A DNA stretch of 57,929 nt from IMG/VR virus record IMGVR_UViG_2698536610_000002; one strand, given 5' to 3'. The position numbers were made by a program, and so were the translations under genes. Below the pieces are notes generated by a model. That model had not been told where the DNA came from. It did no database searches and saw only the letters and a program-made list of their open reading frames with translations. Source of the stretch: a virus. Its lineage: Duplodnaviria > Heunggongvirae > Uroviricota > Caudoviricetes. Shown here one piece after another: positions 1 through 9,668 of this stretch (within the stretch, counting starts at the first letter, position 1; every line of letters starts with the position of its first letter).

Positions 1-1143
1 CTATGCTGTTTTGATATCTACGATAACCCAGTCTTTACCACGATCATCATTGTATCGGTCGGTCATTTTTCTGGATTTATGGCCTAACAACTTTTGCGTA
101 TCCAGACCCTGTTCCCGATATAACCGTTCTGACAGAGATCGCTGCTCATGAAATGTGGGCGCAGTTCCTTGCTCCCATTTTATGCCACATTTTTCCCTGG
201 CCTTTTTAAAAGCCGTTGTCAGAGTATTTGCAGAAACCTGGTCTCCTCTGTTTGCTTGAGAGGTAGTGTGACGGTAATGGACCAGATATTTACTAACAAC
301 AGCATCCCTGCACTGAGATATAACTTCACGAAGGGTAATATTCAGAGCATCGCATTTCAGGTTAAGCGGAATAGCAAGTTTTGAACCGGTTTTTTCCTGA
401 GTAATGTGCAACATGTCGTCCCATATATCAGAGAATTTCAAATTGCAGATATCGCCTAAACGTTGTCCAGTAACAAGAGCAAGTAGCATGCCGCATTTTA
501 AATAGGGCTGCCGTCTGCTTACGCTTTCAAATATTGCCTGCCATTCGGGCAGTGACAATCTTTGGCGGTTTACTCGATTTCGCGGTTGTTTTGTTGCCTG
601 CGCTGGGTTAAATCCTGGCGGAACATGTCCTGCGTGTTGTGCTTCTTTGAAGACGTCGATCAACACCATTCTCACGACTTGCGCCATCCTGTTATGACCT
701 TCAGCCTTTACAGCATCAATTATTTCGGCAATATCAAGTGCGGTAATATCCTTGAGGTGTTGCATTCCACAATGCTCACGGAAAAGACGAATGGGTTTGC
801 CTTTTTGCCGATAGGAGTTGGGTCTTAGTTCATTATGTTGCAGCCTGTCCTCCTGGATAGAAATATATTTATCAAGCCATTCTGTCACCGTAATGTCTGA
901 GCGCCTGCCTTTCATTCTTTCCAGACGCTCATTGACGCTTAATATTTGTCTGGTACGTTGTTCAGCAATAATGGTATTTGCTTCAGTAGCAACTTGTTTT
1001 GCTTCATTCTCATCAGTTCCTAAGCTATGAAAACGACCGGATAGTGGATGTTTGTATTGCCAATATACCTTTCCGGTTCGCTTATCTAATTTGCAATATA
1101 AATTGGGTATAGAGATTTTGTGAGATCGGGGTCTAGCAGCCAT
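1..1143 (-). CDS. int: Phage tyrosine integrase (lambda Int family)
   Basis: 380-aa ORF; C-terminal FHEQRSLSERLY...LLGHKS...RYNDDRG aligns with the lambda Int catalytic region; overlaps the downstream xis-like gene. Confidence 0.9.
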   Translation of the reverse strand: MAARPRSHKISIPNLYCKLDKRTGKVYWQYKHPLSGRFHSLGTDENEAKQVATEANTIIAEQRTRQILSVNERLERMKGRRSDITVTEWLDKYISIQEDRLQHNELRPNSYRQKGKPIRLFREHCGMQHLKDITALDIAEIIDAVKAEGHNRMAQVVRMVLIDVFKEAQHAGHVPPGFNPAQATKQPRNRVNRQRLSLPEWQAIFESVSRRQPYLKCGMLLALVTGQRLGDICNLKFSDIWDDMLHITQEKTGSKLAIPLNLKCDALNITLREVISQCRDAVVSKYLVHYRHTTSQANRGDQVSANTLTTAFKKAREKCGIKWEQGTAPTFHEQRSLSERLYREQGLDTQKLLGHKSRKMTDRYNDDRGKDWVIVDIKTA

Positions 1144-1369
1144 CAGCGATTATCCGTTGGAGTTTTGGGTTTGCGTTTATTGGGAGTTGCGGTTCTGCCA
1201 GCGTTCCTACAAAACGGGAATTTCGGTCAATCATCCAGTAGCGACCAACTTTTATAGCGGGTGGGGCCATCATTTTCCCTTGCGCGTATTTTTTCAGAAC
1301 TCGCTCACTTGGTGCTAAGTCCCCAAATTCTTCTTTAGCCCAGTCCTGTAAAGTGATTAGTCGAGACAT
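1133..1369 (-). CDS. xis: Excisionase (Xis-like)
   Basis: 78-aa ORF, N-terminus MSRLITLQDW resembles lambda Xis MYLTLQEW; strong SD (gaggagg) upstream; 11-nt overlap with int. Confidence 0.7.
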   Translation of the reverse strand: MSRLITLQDWAKEEFGDLAPSERVLKKYAQGKMMAPPAIKVGRYWMIDRNSRFVGTLAEPQLPINANPKLQRIIADGC

Positions 1370-1508
1370 TTGTCCTCCTCTTAGCTGCTGAGGGAGTTTG
1401 TGACCGATATATCTGACATGATATTAAGCTCATGGCAGGTACATCTCTTGACTGGTCATAGAGATAAATTTAATGCTGAGAAATGCAGTATTGAATTTAT
1501 CAATTTTT

Positions 1509-1748
1509 CTATTTCCTGCGTATGGCACGTAACTTCTTAATGTGTTCTGCCGTTTCGATCTCTTCTGCTATCCGATCTGCATCAGCTTTATTCACAGGTT
1601 CAAAGTCATGATTAAAGCGGAACATGCTGGCGATACATGTTCTGCCTTTTCGGATGTAGTGAACTTTGTTGTGGGTAGAACGCAGGATTTTGCAGGGAGT
1701 GCCGTGGTGGTCGACGTACCAGGTGTTAGGAAAAATGATTCTGAACAT
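1509..1748 (-). CDS. Hypothetical early-region protein
   Basis: 79-aa ORF in the int-exo small-ORF block; no recognisable motif. Confidence 0.4.
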   Translation of the reverse strand: MFRIIFPNTWYVDHHGTPCKILRSTHNKVHYIRKGRTCIASMFRFNHDFEPVNKADADRIAEEIETAEHIKKLRAIRRK

Positions 1749-1795
1749 TTTTACACCTCAGTTGGACGATGTTGAAATTTGCTGCTTTGAGGCCA

Positions 1796-2014
1796 TCACA
1801 ATCCCCATTGTTTGTTCTTAAGTTCGATCTCCTCCTGGCAACTTGCACAAGTCCGACAACCCTGAACGGCCAGGCGTCTTCGTTCATCTATGGGATCGCC
1901 ACACTTACAACAATGAGTGGCAGATATAGCCTGGTGGTTCAGACGACGCATTTTTATTGCTGTATTGCGCTGTAATTCTTCGATTTCTGATGCTGAATCA
2001 ATGATGTCTGCCAT
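1796..2014 (-). CDS. TraR/DksA-family C4 zinc-finger protein
   Basis: 72 aa with CCKCGDPIDERRRLAVQGCRTCASC four-cysteine motif typical of phage TraR-like proteins. Confidence 0.7.
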   Translation of the reverse strand: MADIIDSASEIEELQRNTAIKMRRLNHQAISATHCCKCGDPIDERRRLAVQGCRTCASCQEEIELKNKQWGL

Positions 2015-2112
2015 CTTCCATTAATCCCTGAATTGTTGGTTAATACGCTTGAGGGTGAATGCGAATAATAAAAAAGGAGCCTGTAGCTCCCTGATGATTT
2101 TGCTTTTCATGT

Positions 2113-2328
2113 TCATCGCTCCTTAAAGAAGCCGTTTAACATGCCGATCGCCAGGCTTAAATGAGTCGGTGTGAATCCCATCAGCGTTACCGTTTCGCGG
2201 TGCTTCTTCAGTACGCTACGGCAAATGTCATCGACGTTTTTATCCGGAAACTGCTGTCTGGCTTTTTTGATTTCAGAATTAGCCTGACGGGCAATGCTGC
2301 GAAGGGCGTTTTCCTGCTGAGGTGTCAT
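2113..2328 (-). CDS. Hypothetical protein
   Basis: ORF track 2113-2394; start moved to the internal Met (MTPQQENAL...) because the upstream extension is Cys/His-rich and overlaps the neighbour. Confidence 0.4.
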   Translation of the reverse strand: MTPQQENALRSIARQANSEIKKARQQFPDKNVDDICRSVLKKHRETVTLMGFTPTHLSLAIGMLNGFFKER

Positions 2329-2404
2329 TGAACAAGTCCCATGTCGGCAAGCATAAGCACACAGAATATGAAGCCCGCTGCCAGAAAAATGCATTCAGTG
2401 GTTG

Positions 2405-2596
2405 TCATACCTGGTCTCTCTCATCTGCTTCTGCTTTCGCCACCATCATTTCCAGCTTTTGTGAAAGGGATGCGGCTAACGTATGAAATTCTTCGTCTGT
2501 TTCTACTGGTATTGGCACAAACCTGACTCCAATTTGAGCGAGGCTATGTGCCATCTCGATACTCGTTCTTAACTCAACGGGAGATGCTTTATGCAT
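2405..2596 (-). CDS. Hypothetical protein
   Basis: 63-aa ORF in the small-ORF block between exo and xis. Confidence 0.35.
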   Translation of the reverse strand: MHKASPVELRTSIEMAHSLAQIGVRFVPIPVETDEEFHTLAASLSQKLEMMVAKAEADERDQV

Positions 2597-2757
2597 ACAG
2601 CCCCCCGTTTATTATTTATCTTCTCAGCCAGCCGCTGTGCTTTCAGTGGATTTCTGATAACAGAAAGGCCGGGAAATACCCAGCCTCGCTTTGTAATGGA
2701 GTAGACGAAAGTGATCGCGCCTACCCGGATATTATCGTGAGGATGCGTCATCGCCAT
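2569..2757 (-). CDS. Hypothetical protein
   Basis: 62-aa ORF immediately downstream of exo; overlaps both neighbours, so the call is tentative. Confidence 0.25.
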   Translation of the reverse strand: MAMTHPHDNIRVGAITFVYSITKRGWVFPGLSVIRNPLKAQRLAEKINNKRGAVCIKHLPLS

Positions 2758-3428
2758 TGCTCCCCAAATACAAAACCAATTTCAGCCAGTGCCTCGTCCA
2801 TTTTTTCGATGAACTCCGGCACCATCTCGTCAAAACTCGCTATGTACTTTTCATCCCGCTCAATCACGACATAATGCAGGCCTTCACGCTTCATGCGCGG
2901 GTCATAGTTGGCAAAGTACCAGGCATCTTTTCGCGTCACCCACATGCTGTACTGCACCTGGGCCATGTAAGCCGATTTTATTGCCTCAAAACCACCGAGC
3001 CGGAATTTCATGAAATCCCGGGAGGTAAACGGGCATTTCAGTTCAAGGCCGTTGCCGTCACTGCATAAACCATCTGGAGAGCAGGCGGTGCGCATACTTT
3101 CGTCGCGATAGATGATCGGGGATTCAGTAACATTCACGCCGGAAGTGAATTCAAACAGGGTTCTGGCGTCGTTCTCGTACTGTTTTCCCCAGGCCAGCGC
3201 CTTAGCATTAACTTCCGGAGCCACACCGGTGCAAACCTCAGCCAGCAGGGTGTGGAAGTAGGACATTTTCATGTCAGGCCACTTCTTTCCTGAGCGGGGC
3301 TTTGCTATCACGTTGTGAACTTCTGAAGCGGTGATGACGCCGAGCCGTAATTTGTGCCATGCATCATCCCCCTGTTCGACAGCTCTCACGTCGATCCCGG
3401 TACGCTGCAGGATAATGTCCGGTGTCAT
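2748..3428 (-). CDS. exo: Lambda-type 5'-3' exonuclease (Red alpha)
   Basis: 226 aa; [36 protein letters not shown]... matches lambda Exo essentially along its whole length (from memory). Confidence 0.95.
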   Translation of the reverse strand: MTPDIILQRTGIDVRAVEQGDDAWHKLRLGVITASEVHNVIAKPRSGKKWPDMKMSYFHTLLAEVCTGVAPEVNAKALAWGKQYENDARTLFEFTSGVNVTESPIIYRDESMRTACSPDGLCSDGNGLELKCPFTSRDFMKFRLGGFEAIKSAYMAQVQYSMWVTRKDAWYFANYDPRMKREGLHYVVIERDEKYIASFDEMVPEFIEKMDEALAEIGFVFGEQWR

Positions 3429-4210
3429 GCTGCCACCTTCTGCTCAGTGGCTTTCTGTTTCAGGAATCCAAGAGCTTTCACTGCTTCGGCCTGTGTCAGT
3501 TCTGACGATGCGCGAATGTCGCGGCGAAATATCTGGGAACAGAGCGGCAATAAGTCGTCATCCCATGTTTTATCCAGGGCGATCAGCAGAGTGTTAATCT
3601 CCTGCATGGTTTCATCGTTAACCGGAGTGATGTCGCGTTCCGGCTGACGTTCTGCAGTGTATGCAGTATTTTCGACAATGCGCTCGGCTTCATCCTTGTC
3701 ATAGATACCAGCAAATCCGAAGGCCAGACGGGCACACTGAATCATGGCTTTATGCCGTAACATCCGTTTGGGATGCGACTGCCACGGTCCGGTGATTTCT
3801 CTGCCTTCGCGGGTTTTGAATGGTTCGCGGCGGCATTCATCCATCCACTCGGTAACGCAGATCGGATGATTACGGTCCTTGCGGTAAATCCGGCATGTAC
3901 AGGATTCATTGTCCTGCTCAAAGTCCATGCCATCAAACTGCTGGTTTTCATTGATGATGCGGGACCAGCCATCAACGCCCACCACCGGAACGATGCCGTT
4001 CTGCTTATCAGGGAAGGCGTAAATTTCTTTCGTCCACGGATTAAGGCCGTACTGGTTGGCGACGATCAACAATGCGATGAACTGCGCATCGCTGGCATCA
4101 CCTTTAAATGCCGTCTGGCGAAGAGTGGTGATCAGTTCCTGTGGGTCGACAGAATCCATGCCGACACGTTCAGCCAGCTTCCCTGCCAGCGTTGCGAGTG
4201 CTGTACTCAT
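3425..4210 (-). CDS. bet: Recombinase Bet (Red beta)
   Basis: 261 aa; [48 protein letters not shown]... matches lambda Bet. Confidence 0.95.
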   Translation of the reverse strand: MSTALATLAGKLAERVGMDSVDPQELITTLRQTAFKGDASDAQFIALLIVANQYGLNPWTKEIYAFPDKQNGIVPVVGVDGWSRIINENQQFDGMDFEQDNESCTCRIYRKDRNHPICVTEWMDECRREPFKTREGREITGPWQSHPKRMLRHKAMIQCARLAFGFAGIYDKDEAERIVENTAYTAERQPERDITPVNDETMQEINTLLIALDKTWDDDLLPLCSQIFRRDIRASSELTQAEAVKALGFLKQKATEQKVAA

Positions 4211-4215
4211 CCGTT

Positions 4216-4512
4216 TTATACCTCTGAATCAATATCAACCTGGTGGTGGGCAATAGTTTCAACCATGTACCGGATGTGTTCTGCCATGCGTTCCTGAAAC
4301 TCAACATCGTCATCAAACGCACGGGTAATGGCTTTTTTGCTGGCCCCGTGGCGTTGCAAATGATCGATGCATAGCGATTCAAACAGGTGCTGAGGCAGGC
4401 CTTTTTCCATGTCGTCTGCCAGTTCTGCCTCTTTCTCTTCACGGGCGATCTGCTGGTAGTGACGCGCCCAGCTCTGAGCCTCAAGACGATCCTGAATGTA
4501 ATAAGCGTTCAT
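4216..4512 (-). CDS. gam: Gam, RecBCD inhibitor (short form)
   Basis: 98 aa, [56 protein letters not shown]... equals lambda GamS. Confidence 0.9.
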   Translation of the reverse strand: MNAYYIQDRLEAQSWARHYQQIAREEKEAELADDMEKGLPQHLFESLCIDHLQRHGASKKAITRAFDDDVEFQERMAEHIRYMVETIAHHQVDIDSEV

Positions 4513-4587
4513 GGCTGAACTCCTGAAAATGGCTGTGAAAATATCGCCCGCGAAATGCCAGGCTGATTAGGAAAACAGGAAAGGGGA

Positions 4588-4998
4588 TTAGTGATTCAGG
4601 CCGTTACCGCGTCCGTCGAGAAAAACTTCCACGAGCAAATCACGGGTATAAGTGCGCTCGATGCCGCGATGCAGATATAGCCGTCCGCGTAAATTAGCTG
4701 ATGCAGTCCAGGTACCATCTTTGTGTTTGACCAGCATTCCTGGCATGACCGCACCTCGATTAACGGTCTGCGTTCCGTAATGTTGATGAACCATAAAAAC
4801 TCCTGCCCGTAAGCTGGGCTGCTGAACATATAGAGACTTCTGCGCGTATTCAGGCGGTGGATGGCCGCCGGTTGTCATAACTAAGCCGCCTCGTTGAAGC
4901 GACTGAGGTATGAGGTGTTGAGTTGATTTCAGCTGGTCACACCGACGTTCACACGTCCGTTTCACCCCTCGCACTCCCCGTAGCCTGCTGAAATTCAA
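4588..4998 (-). CDS. Hypothetical ORF in the N/kil/cIII position (unassigned)
   Basis: 136-aa ORF with Arg-rich N-terminus; no match to lambda N, kil, cIII or ral that I can recognise; may not be a real gene. Confidence 0.2.
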   Translation of the reverse strand: MNFSRLRGVRGVKRTCERRCDQLKSTQHLIPQSLQRGGLVMTTGGHPPPEYAQKSLYVQQPSLRAGVFMVHQHYGTQTVNRGAVMPGMLVKHKDGTWTASANLRGRLYLHRGIERTYTRDLLVEVFLDGRGNGLNH

Positions 4999-5087
4999 GC
5001 TGCAGATCTAAGCGGTCATCGCAACGGTGAAGCGGTAAATCAGAAGATTGCCGCATTCCTGTGCCGTTGTGATGGATTTATAATACC

Positions 5088-5117
5088 CATTGCTATTAAT
5101 CATATCAATACGTATTG
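5088..5117. promoter_or_regulatory. Candidate OL operator half-sites
   Basis: cattgctatta (5088-5098) and aatacgtattg (5107-5117) resemble the operator-like repeats in the cI-cro intergenic region; located in an AT-rich gap left of the immunity genes. Confidence 0.4.
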
Positions 5118-5352
5118 GTATCAATCGATAGCATTTGTTGTTATGCTGTTGATACTGAAAAGAATTTAATGTTGAGGTTTTTTGTGACATTCGACTCAAA
5201 ATGGATTTTGCAATTAAATAACCAATTGATAACAATGAAAACATCACGGAGAACTAGATAGGCCAAATTACTTGCCACGAAGATAGTTGTAAGCGTTGAT
5301 AACAATGGTATTGAGGAGGGATACCCCCGACAATTGCGTCAGGGGGGAGGGA

Positions 5353-5739
5353 TTATTGGGCTTTAATGTAATTTTTCAACTTTGCAGTTTGCTCTACAGC
5401 GCTAGGAATGCATCCAAACATATTTGCGCATGAGGTTTGAACAACAATTTCGTTCTTATCGTTTCCTAAAGGTGTTTTTACAACCTGATATCCAAGCACG
5501 GCACTATTTCCAATAGGAGTGTATGTGGAAATTACCGTTTCATCTGCCATCTGAATTTTCCAACCAGAATTCATTGCTATCCAAGCTTTGGCTCTCGACC
5601 AATATGTATCGCATTGCTCTTTACCTTGACAGTAAACTGGTTGTTGAGCTTGTGCGGCAATTTGGGGATCTATTTTCTGAGCACATCCAGAGATGCTAAT
5701 CAGAATAGCTGCTGTAACGAATAGTTTTCTCATTGACAT
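5353..5739 (-). CDS. Lipoprotein (signal peptide with lipobox ISGC), candidate exclusion/lysogenic-conversion protein
   Basis: 128 aa; MSMRKLFVTAAILISISGC at the N-terminus; AT-rich gene directly downstream of cI on the same strand (the position occupied by rexAB in lambda). Confidence 0.6.
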   Translation of the reverse strand: MSMRKLFVTAAILISISGCAQKIDPQIAAQAQQPVYCQGKEQCDTYWSRAKAWIAMNSGWKIQMADETVISTYTPIGNSAVLGYQVVKTPLGNDKNEIVVQTSCANMFGCIPSAVEQTAKLKNYIKAQ

Positions 5740-5781
5740 TTCCTTTGTTTTGAATATACAACAAATAAATTGGCAAAAAAA

Positions 5782-6474
5782 TTATCCGTGTTTTCTATAT
5801 GTCTGCGGCATGCTTCCAATGACTTTACCGAAGATGAACACCCGGTTCATCTCGTCTTTCTCGATCGGGTCCCACGGTGAGTAGCTCTTGTTATCAGAGA
5901 TAACCAGCAGCTTATCCTTCATCATTTGCAGGCGCTTTACATGGGCTGTGTCGTCGTACAGAAACGCATAGATACCATCACCGTCGAAAGATTTAACAGT
6001 GATATCAACGAACAAAAGATCACCTGGTTCGATCGTTCCTGACATGCTGTCACCGCGTACGTTAATGATGCGGATATTTTCTGCCTTCCTGCCATCGAAC
6101 ATGTGACGAGCATCGTCAAACGAGTACTCAACCGAGCGTAGAACTTCTACAAACTCACGATTGATGACACCCGGCCCGGCACTGACTTCTATATCAAGAA
6201 CGTCAATCTTGAAGTATTTGGAATGGCTGACAGCAGGCTTCCCTGATTGTTGACCGTCATTTCTCATCGGGCCTATGCCTGATGAGAGCCACTCTGTTCG
6301 AACACCCAATGCATTAGCTATTTCAACAATTTTTGTTGAGCCGCGCGCGTTGCCGCTTGTCAGTCTCCAGATTGTGGGTTGAGCTACGCCAGACGCCTTT
6401 GCAAGAGCGCCTTGAGACATTCCAGATTGTTCCATCGCTAGGTTTAAGCGATCAGCAAGAGTTTCTTTTTTCAT
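5782..6474 (-). CDS. cI: CI-type repressor (N-terminal HTH, C-terminal S24 LexA-like peptidase domain)
   Basis: Start set at MKKETLADRL; HTH region SQGALAKASGVAQPTIWRL; C-terminal domain with GDSM Ser motif and VKRL Lys motif typical of autocleaving repressors. Confidence 0.85.
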   Translation of the reverse strand: MKKETLADRLNLAMEQSGMSQGALAKASGVAQPTIWRLTSGNARGSTKIVEIANALGVRTEWLSSGIGPMRNDGQQSGKPAVSHSKYFKIDVLDIEVSAGPGVINREFVEVLRSVEYSFDDARHMFDGRKAENIRIINVRGDSMSGTIEPGDLLFVDITVKSFDGDGIYAFLYDDTAHVKRLQMMKDKLLVISDNKSYSPWDPIEKDEMNRVFIFGKVIGSMPQTYRKHG

Positions 6475-6485
6475 AAGTTTTAATT

Positions 6486-6568
6486 TATACGCTTGCGTAT
6501 TGATGGTCAAAACACGTTTTGCTATTGATTGGGTTAATACGCATTGCTATTATCTATTCATTGCAATA
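6486..6568. promoter_or_regulatory. Candidate OR operators and divergent PRM/PR region
   Basis: Imperfect palindrome tatacgcttgcgtat (6486-6500), taatacgcattgctatta (6535-6552) and cattgcaata (6559-6568) between divergent cI and cro. Confidence 0.5.
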
Positions 6569-6584
6569 CCAATAGGAATTGATA

Positions 6585-6812
6585 ATGACAAATCAAACCA
6601 TTCAACTCGCAATCAGTATTACAGGTAGTCAAAAACGACTGGCAGATCTCTGCGGTGTAGCCCAACCCACGGTTTGGCGTTGGCTACACGGTGGCGGAAT
6701 TGATGCCCGCTATGTAATGAAAATTGTCTCAGCCACTGGTGGAAAGATTAAACCAGCAGATATTCGTCCCGACCTCGCACCATTGTTTAACGTGAGTAAT
6801 TCTTCCGCCTAA
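6585..6812 (+). CDS. cro: Cro-like HTH regulator (YdaS-like)
   Basis: ATG at 6585 with SD aggaa 6 nt upstream; HTH QKRLADLCGVAQPTVWRWL; divergent from cI. Confidence 0.75.
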   Translation: MTNQTIQLAISITGSQKRLADLCGVAQPTVWRWLHGGGIDARYVMKIVSATGGKIKPADIRPDLAPLFNVSNSSA

Positions 6813-6842
6813 TCTGCGGAGTTAACTGATAAGGCAATTACT

Positions 6843-7382
6843 ATGCAACCAATTACATACCAACAGACTAGCGGATTTACCCCGGCTGCGGTGATAAATC
6901 GTTCTCAAACAAAACAGGCGCCAGGCCACGAAAAAATCCGTGATGCCGTTCGCGCCTGGTCGGCTGCAGATAATCAGGATGTTGTTGCCGCACTCATTGT
7001 GAATGAGTATCGGGAGCAGGGCGGCGGCACCATCGATTTCCCTGATGATGTCAGCCGTGCACGCCAGAAGCTGTTCCGCTTCCTCGATAACAAATTCGAT
7101 TCTGAAAAATACCGAAATAACGTGCGTGAACTGACCCCGGCAATTCTGGCGGTACTACCGCTGGAATATCGCGGTTACCTGGTTGAGCAGGATAGCTTCA
7201 TGGCTAGGTTGGCTGAAATGGAAAAGGAACTCAGTGAGGCAAAACAGGCTGTCATTCTCAACGCACCACGCCACCAGAAACTGAAGGAAATTAGTGAAGG
7301 TATTGTGTCGATGTTTCGTGTGGACCCAGATCTGGCTGGTCCATTGATGGCGATGGTTACTACCATGCTGGGGGCGATATGA
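6843..7382 (+). CDS. CII-like regulator (CP76/YdaT family)
   Basis: 179 aa in the cII position; segment LTPAILAVLPLEYR resembles my recollection of YdaT/CII-like prophage regulators; assignment by position and weak memory. Confidence 0.45.
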   Translation: MQPITYQQTSGFTPAAVINRSQTKQAPGHEKIRDAVRAWSAADNQDVVAALIVNEYREQGGGTIDFPDDVSRARQKLFRFLDNKFDSEKYRNNVRELTPAILAVLPLEYRGYLVEQDSFMARLAEMEKELSEAKQAVILNAPRHQKLKEISEGIVSMFRVDPDLAGPLMAMVTTMLGAI

Positions 7383-7468
7383 CAGGTTCAGAAATGGCGA
7401 AAGCCGGTCTGCTGGAACAGAACCGACTTTCAGGTGCAAATCGTAACACACTCATTGCGGGAGGAATT

Positions 7469-8398
7469 ATGGCAAACACTGCTGAGATATTCAATTTTCC
7501 TGTGCCGGATGTGGCACAAAAGGAGCCGCGCGTGGCAGATCTCGATGATGGTTATACGCGCATTGCAAATGAGTTGCTGGAAGCTGTGATGCTGGCCGGA
7601 TTAACACAGCACCAGCTTCTGGTCTTCCTGGCTGTCATGCGCAAAACATATGGCTTTAATAAAAAACTGGATTGGGTGAGCAACGAGCAACTTTCCGAGT
7701 TGACCGGGATATTGCCGCACAAGTGTTCTGCTGCAAAAAGTGTTCTGGTAAAGCGTGGGATTTTTATTCAGAGCGGGCGGAATATCGGCATTAATAATGT
7801 GATCAGTGAATGGTCAACATTACCCGAATCAGGTAAGAAAAATAAAGTTTACCTGAAAGAGGTAAATTTACCTGAATCAGGTAAGAAAAGTTTACCCAAA
7901 TCAGGTAAAGGCGTTTACCCGAATCAGGTAAACACAAAAGACAAACTAACAAAAGACAATATAAAACCTTTTTCGTCCGAGAATTCTGGCGAATCCTCTG
8001 ACCAGCCAGAAAACGATCTTCCTGTGGTGAAACCGGATGCTGCAATTCAGAGCGGCAGCAAGTGGGGGACAGCAGAAGACCTGACCGCCGCAGAGTGGAT
8101 GTTTGACATGGTGAAGACCATCGCGCCATCAGCCAGAAAACCGAATTTTGCAGGGTGGGCTAACGATATCCGCCTGATGCGTGAACGTGACGGACGTAAC
8201 CACCGCGACATGTGCGTGCTGTTCCGCTGGGCATGCCAGGACAACTTCTGGTCCGGTAACGTGCTAAGTCCGGCCAAACTCCGCGACAAGTGGACCCAAC
8301 TCGAAATCAACCGTAACAAGCAACAGGCTGGCGTGACAGCCGGAAAATCAAAACTCGACCTGACAAACACTGACTGGATTTATGGGGTGGATTTATGA
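7469..8398 (+). CDS. O: Replication initiator O
   Basis: Start set at MANTAEIFNF (lambda O starts MTNTAKILNF); N-terminal VADLDDGY...KTYGFNK conserved; iterons embedded in the coding sequence. Confidence 0.9.
   Translation: MANTAEIFNFPVPDVAQKEPRVADLDDGYTRIANELLEAVMLAGLTQHQLLVFLAVMRKTYGFNKKLDWVSNEQLSELTGILPHKCSAAKSVLVKRGIFIQSGRNIGINNVISEWSTLPESGKKNKVYLKEVNLPESGKKSLPKSGKGVYPNQVNTKDKLTKDNIKPFSSENSGESSDQPENDLPVVKPDAAIQSGSKWGTAEDLTAAEWMFDMVKTIAPSARKPNFAGWANDIRLMRERDGRNHRDMCVLFRWACQDNFWSGNVLSPAKLRDKWTQLEINRNKQQAGVTAGKSKLDLTNTDWIYGVDL
7820..7932 (+). repeat. ori iterons (four ~18-19 bp direct repeats) inside O, followed by an AT-rich tract
   Basis: ttacccgaatcaggtaag / tttacctgaaagaggtaaa / tttacctgaatcaggtaag / tttacccaaatcaggtaaa / tttacccgaatcaggtaaa, then aaaagacaaactaacaaaagacaatataaaa. 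Confidence 0.85.
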
Positions 8399-9081
8399 AA
8401 AACATCGCTGCACAGATGATTAACTTTGACCGTGAGCAGATGCGTCGAATCGCCAACAACATGCCGGAACAATACGACGAAAAGCCGCAGGTGCAGCAGG
8501 TGGCGCAGATCATCAACGGTGTGTTCAGCCAGTTACTGGCAACTTTCCCGGCGAGCCTGGCTAACCGCGACCAGAATGAGCTGAACGAAATCCGCCGTCA
8601 GTGGGTTATGGCTTTCCGTGAAAATGGAATTACCACTATGGAGCAGGTTAACGCCGGAATGCGCGTGGCCCGCCGACAGGAGCGACCATTCCTGCCGTCG
8701 CCCGGCCAGTTCGTAGCGTGGTGTAAGCAGAGTGGCGGGGCGTTAGGTATCACTGTTGACCAAGTCATAACCGAATACTGGGATTGGCGTAATCGTTCCT
8801 TCGAATTCACTTCCAGCGAGCATTTCCCGTGGTCACAGCCTGTCATGTACCACATCTGCGTCGAACTGCGCCACCGTAGCATTGAGCGCCAGTTAACGCA
8901 TGGCGAGCTGGCATGCGAGGCTGGTGACCTGCTGGACATGTGGGAGAAGCGCGTCAGTGAGGGCAAACCAATCCCTCCGGTCAGAAAACAAATCTCGGCT
9001 CCGCGCCACGTGCCCGGGCCGACTCCCGCTCAGCTTTTGCTTGAGCAATACAAAGCGCGTAAAGCAGTCGGATTTATTTAA
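8395..9081 (+). CDS. P: Replication protein P (helicase loader)
   Basis: 228 aa; MKNIAAQMINFDREQMRRIANNMPEQYDEKPQVQQVAQIINGVFSQLLATF matches lambda P N-terminus. Confidence 0.9.
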   Translation: MKNIAAQMINFDREQMRRIANNMPEQYDEKPQVQQVAQIINGVFSQLLATFPASLANRDQNELNEIRRQWVMAFRENGITTMEQVNAGMRVARRQERPFLPSPGQFVAWCKQSGGALGITVDQVITEYWDWRNRSFEFTSSEHFPWSQPVMYHICVELRHRSIERQLTHGELACEAGDLLDMWEKRVSEGKPIPPVRKQISAPRHVPGPTPAQLLLEQYKARKAVGFI

Positions 9082-9083
9082 CC

Positions 9084-9668
9084 ATGAACAAGAAATACAC
9101 GTTGATCTAAGCGGATCCGCCCTGGACGTACGAGGATAAATGCAATTCTGGTAAGCGTGGCACCGGGCATAAATACTTGGTTATGACGGTGCAGGATATC
9201 TGCTGGCTGCCAGTAAGGGAGCGGGTTGCAGAAAGCTGCCAGCTGGCGATGTGGTGGTTGCCAACTCAAACGTTCGAGGCGATGAAAGTCGTCGATGCCT
9301 GGGGATTTCGCCTGATCACAATGAAAGGTTTCACTTGGGATAAAACCTACCCGAAGCAAACTGACAAATCGGCGATGGGAATGGGACACCTGATCCGGGC
9401 GAACCGTGAAGATTGTCTTTTCGCGGTAAAGGGTAAGCGGGCACCACAGCAGGACGCCTCGATCATCCAGCACTACACCTCGCCGCGACATGAGCACTCA
9501 CGTAAACCAGACTGCGTGCGTGAAATGCTGGTTCGGTTGCTGGGTAATCTTCCACGTATTGAGCTCTTTGCGCGTAAATCCTCCCACGGTTTCGACGTAT
9601 GGGGAAACAAGTGTGATTCGCCAACCGTATCATTAAGCCCGGCCCGAGTTACTGATGTTTATTCTTAA
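9084..9668 (+). pseudogene. MT-A70-family DNA adenine methyltransferase interrupted by an in-frame TAA at codon 9
   Basis: ATG 9084 MNKKYTLI then TAA (9108-9110), then in-frame ADPPWTYEDK... (DPPW catalytic motif); the longest intact ORF starts only at 9177/9183, downstream of DPPW. Confidence 0.6.

Noticed and set aside
5008-5247. 79-aa minus-strand ORF in the AT-rich region left of the lipoprotein gene
   Set aside because: Spans the putative OL/PL regulatory region, is extremely AT-rich and has no start context; more likely non-coding regulatory DNA.
7820-7932. Direct repeats that could be mistaken for a CRISPR array
   Set aside because: Repeat units are ~18 bp with almost no spacer, lie inside the O coding sequence and are followed by an AT-rich tract: these are replication-origin iterons. 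The same reasoning applies to the island iterons at 27455-27700. No CRISPR array was seen anywhere in the window.
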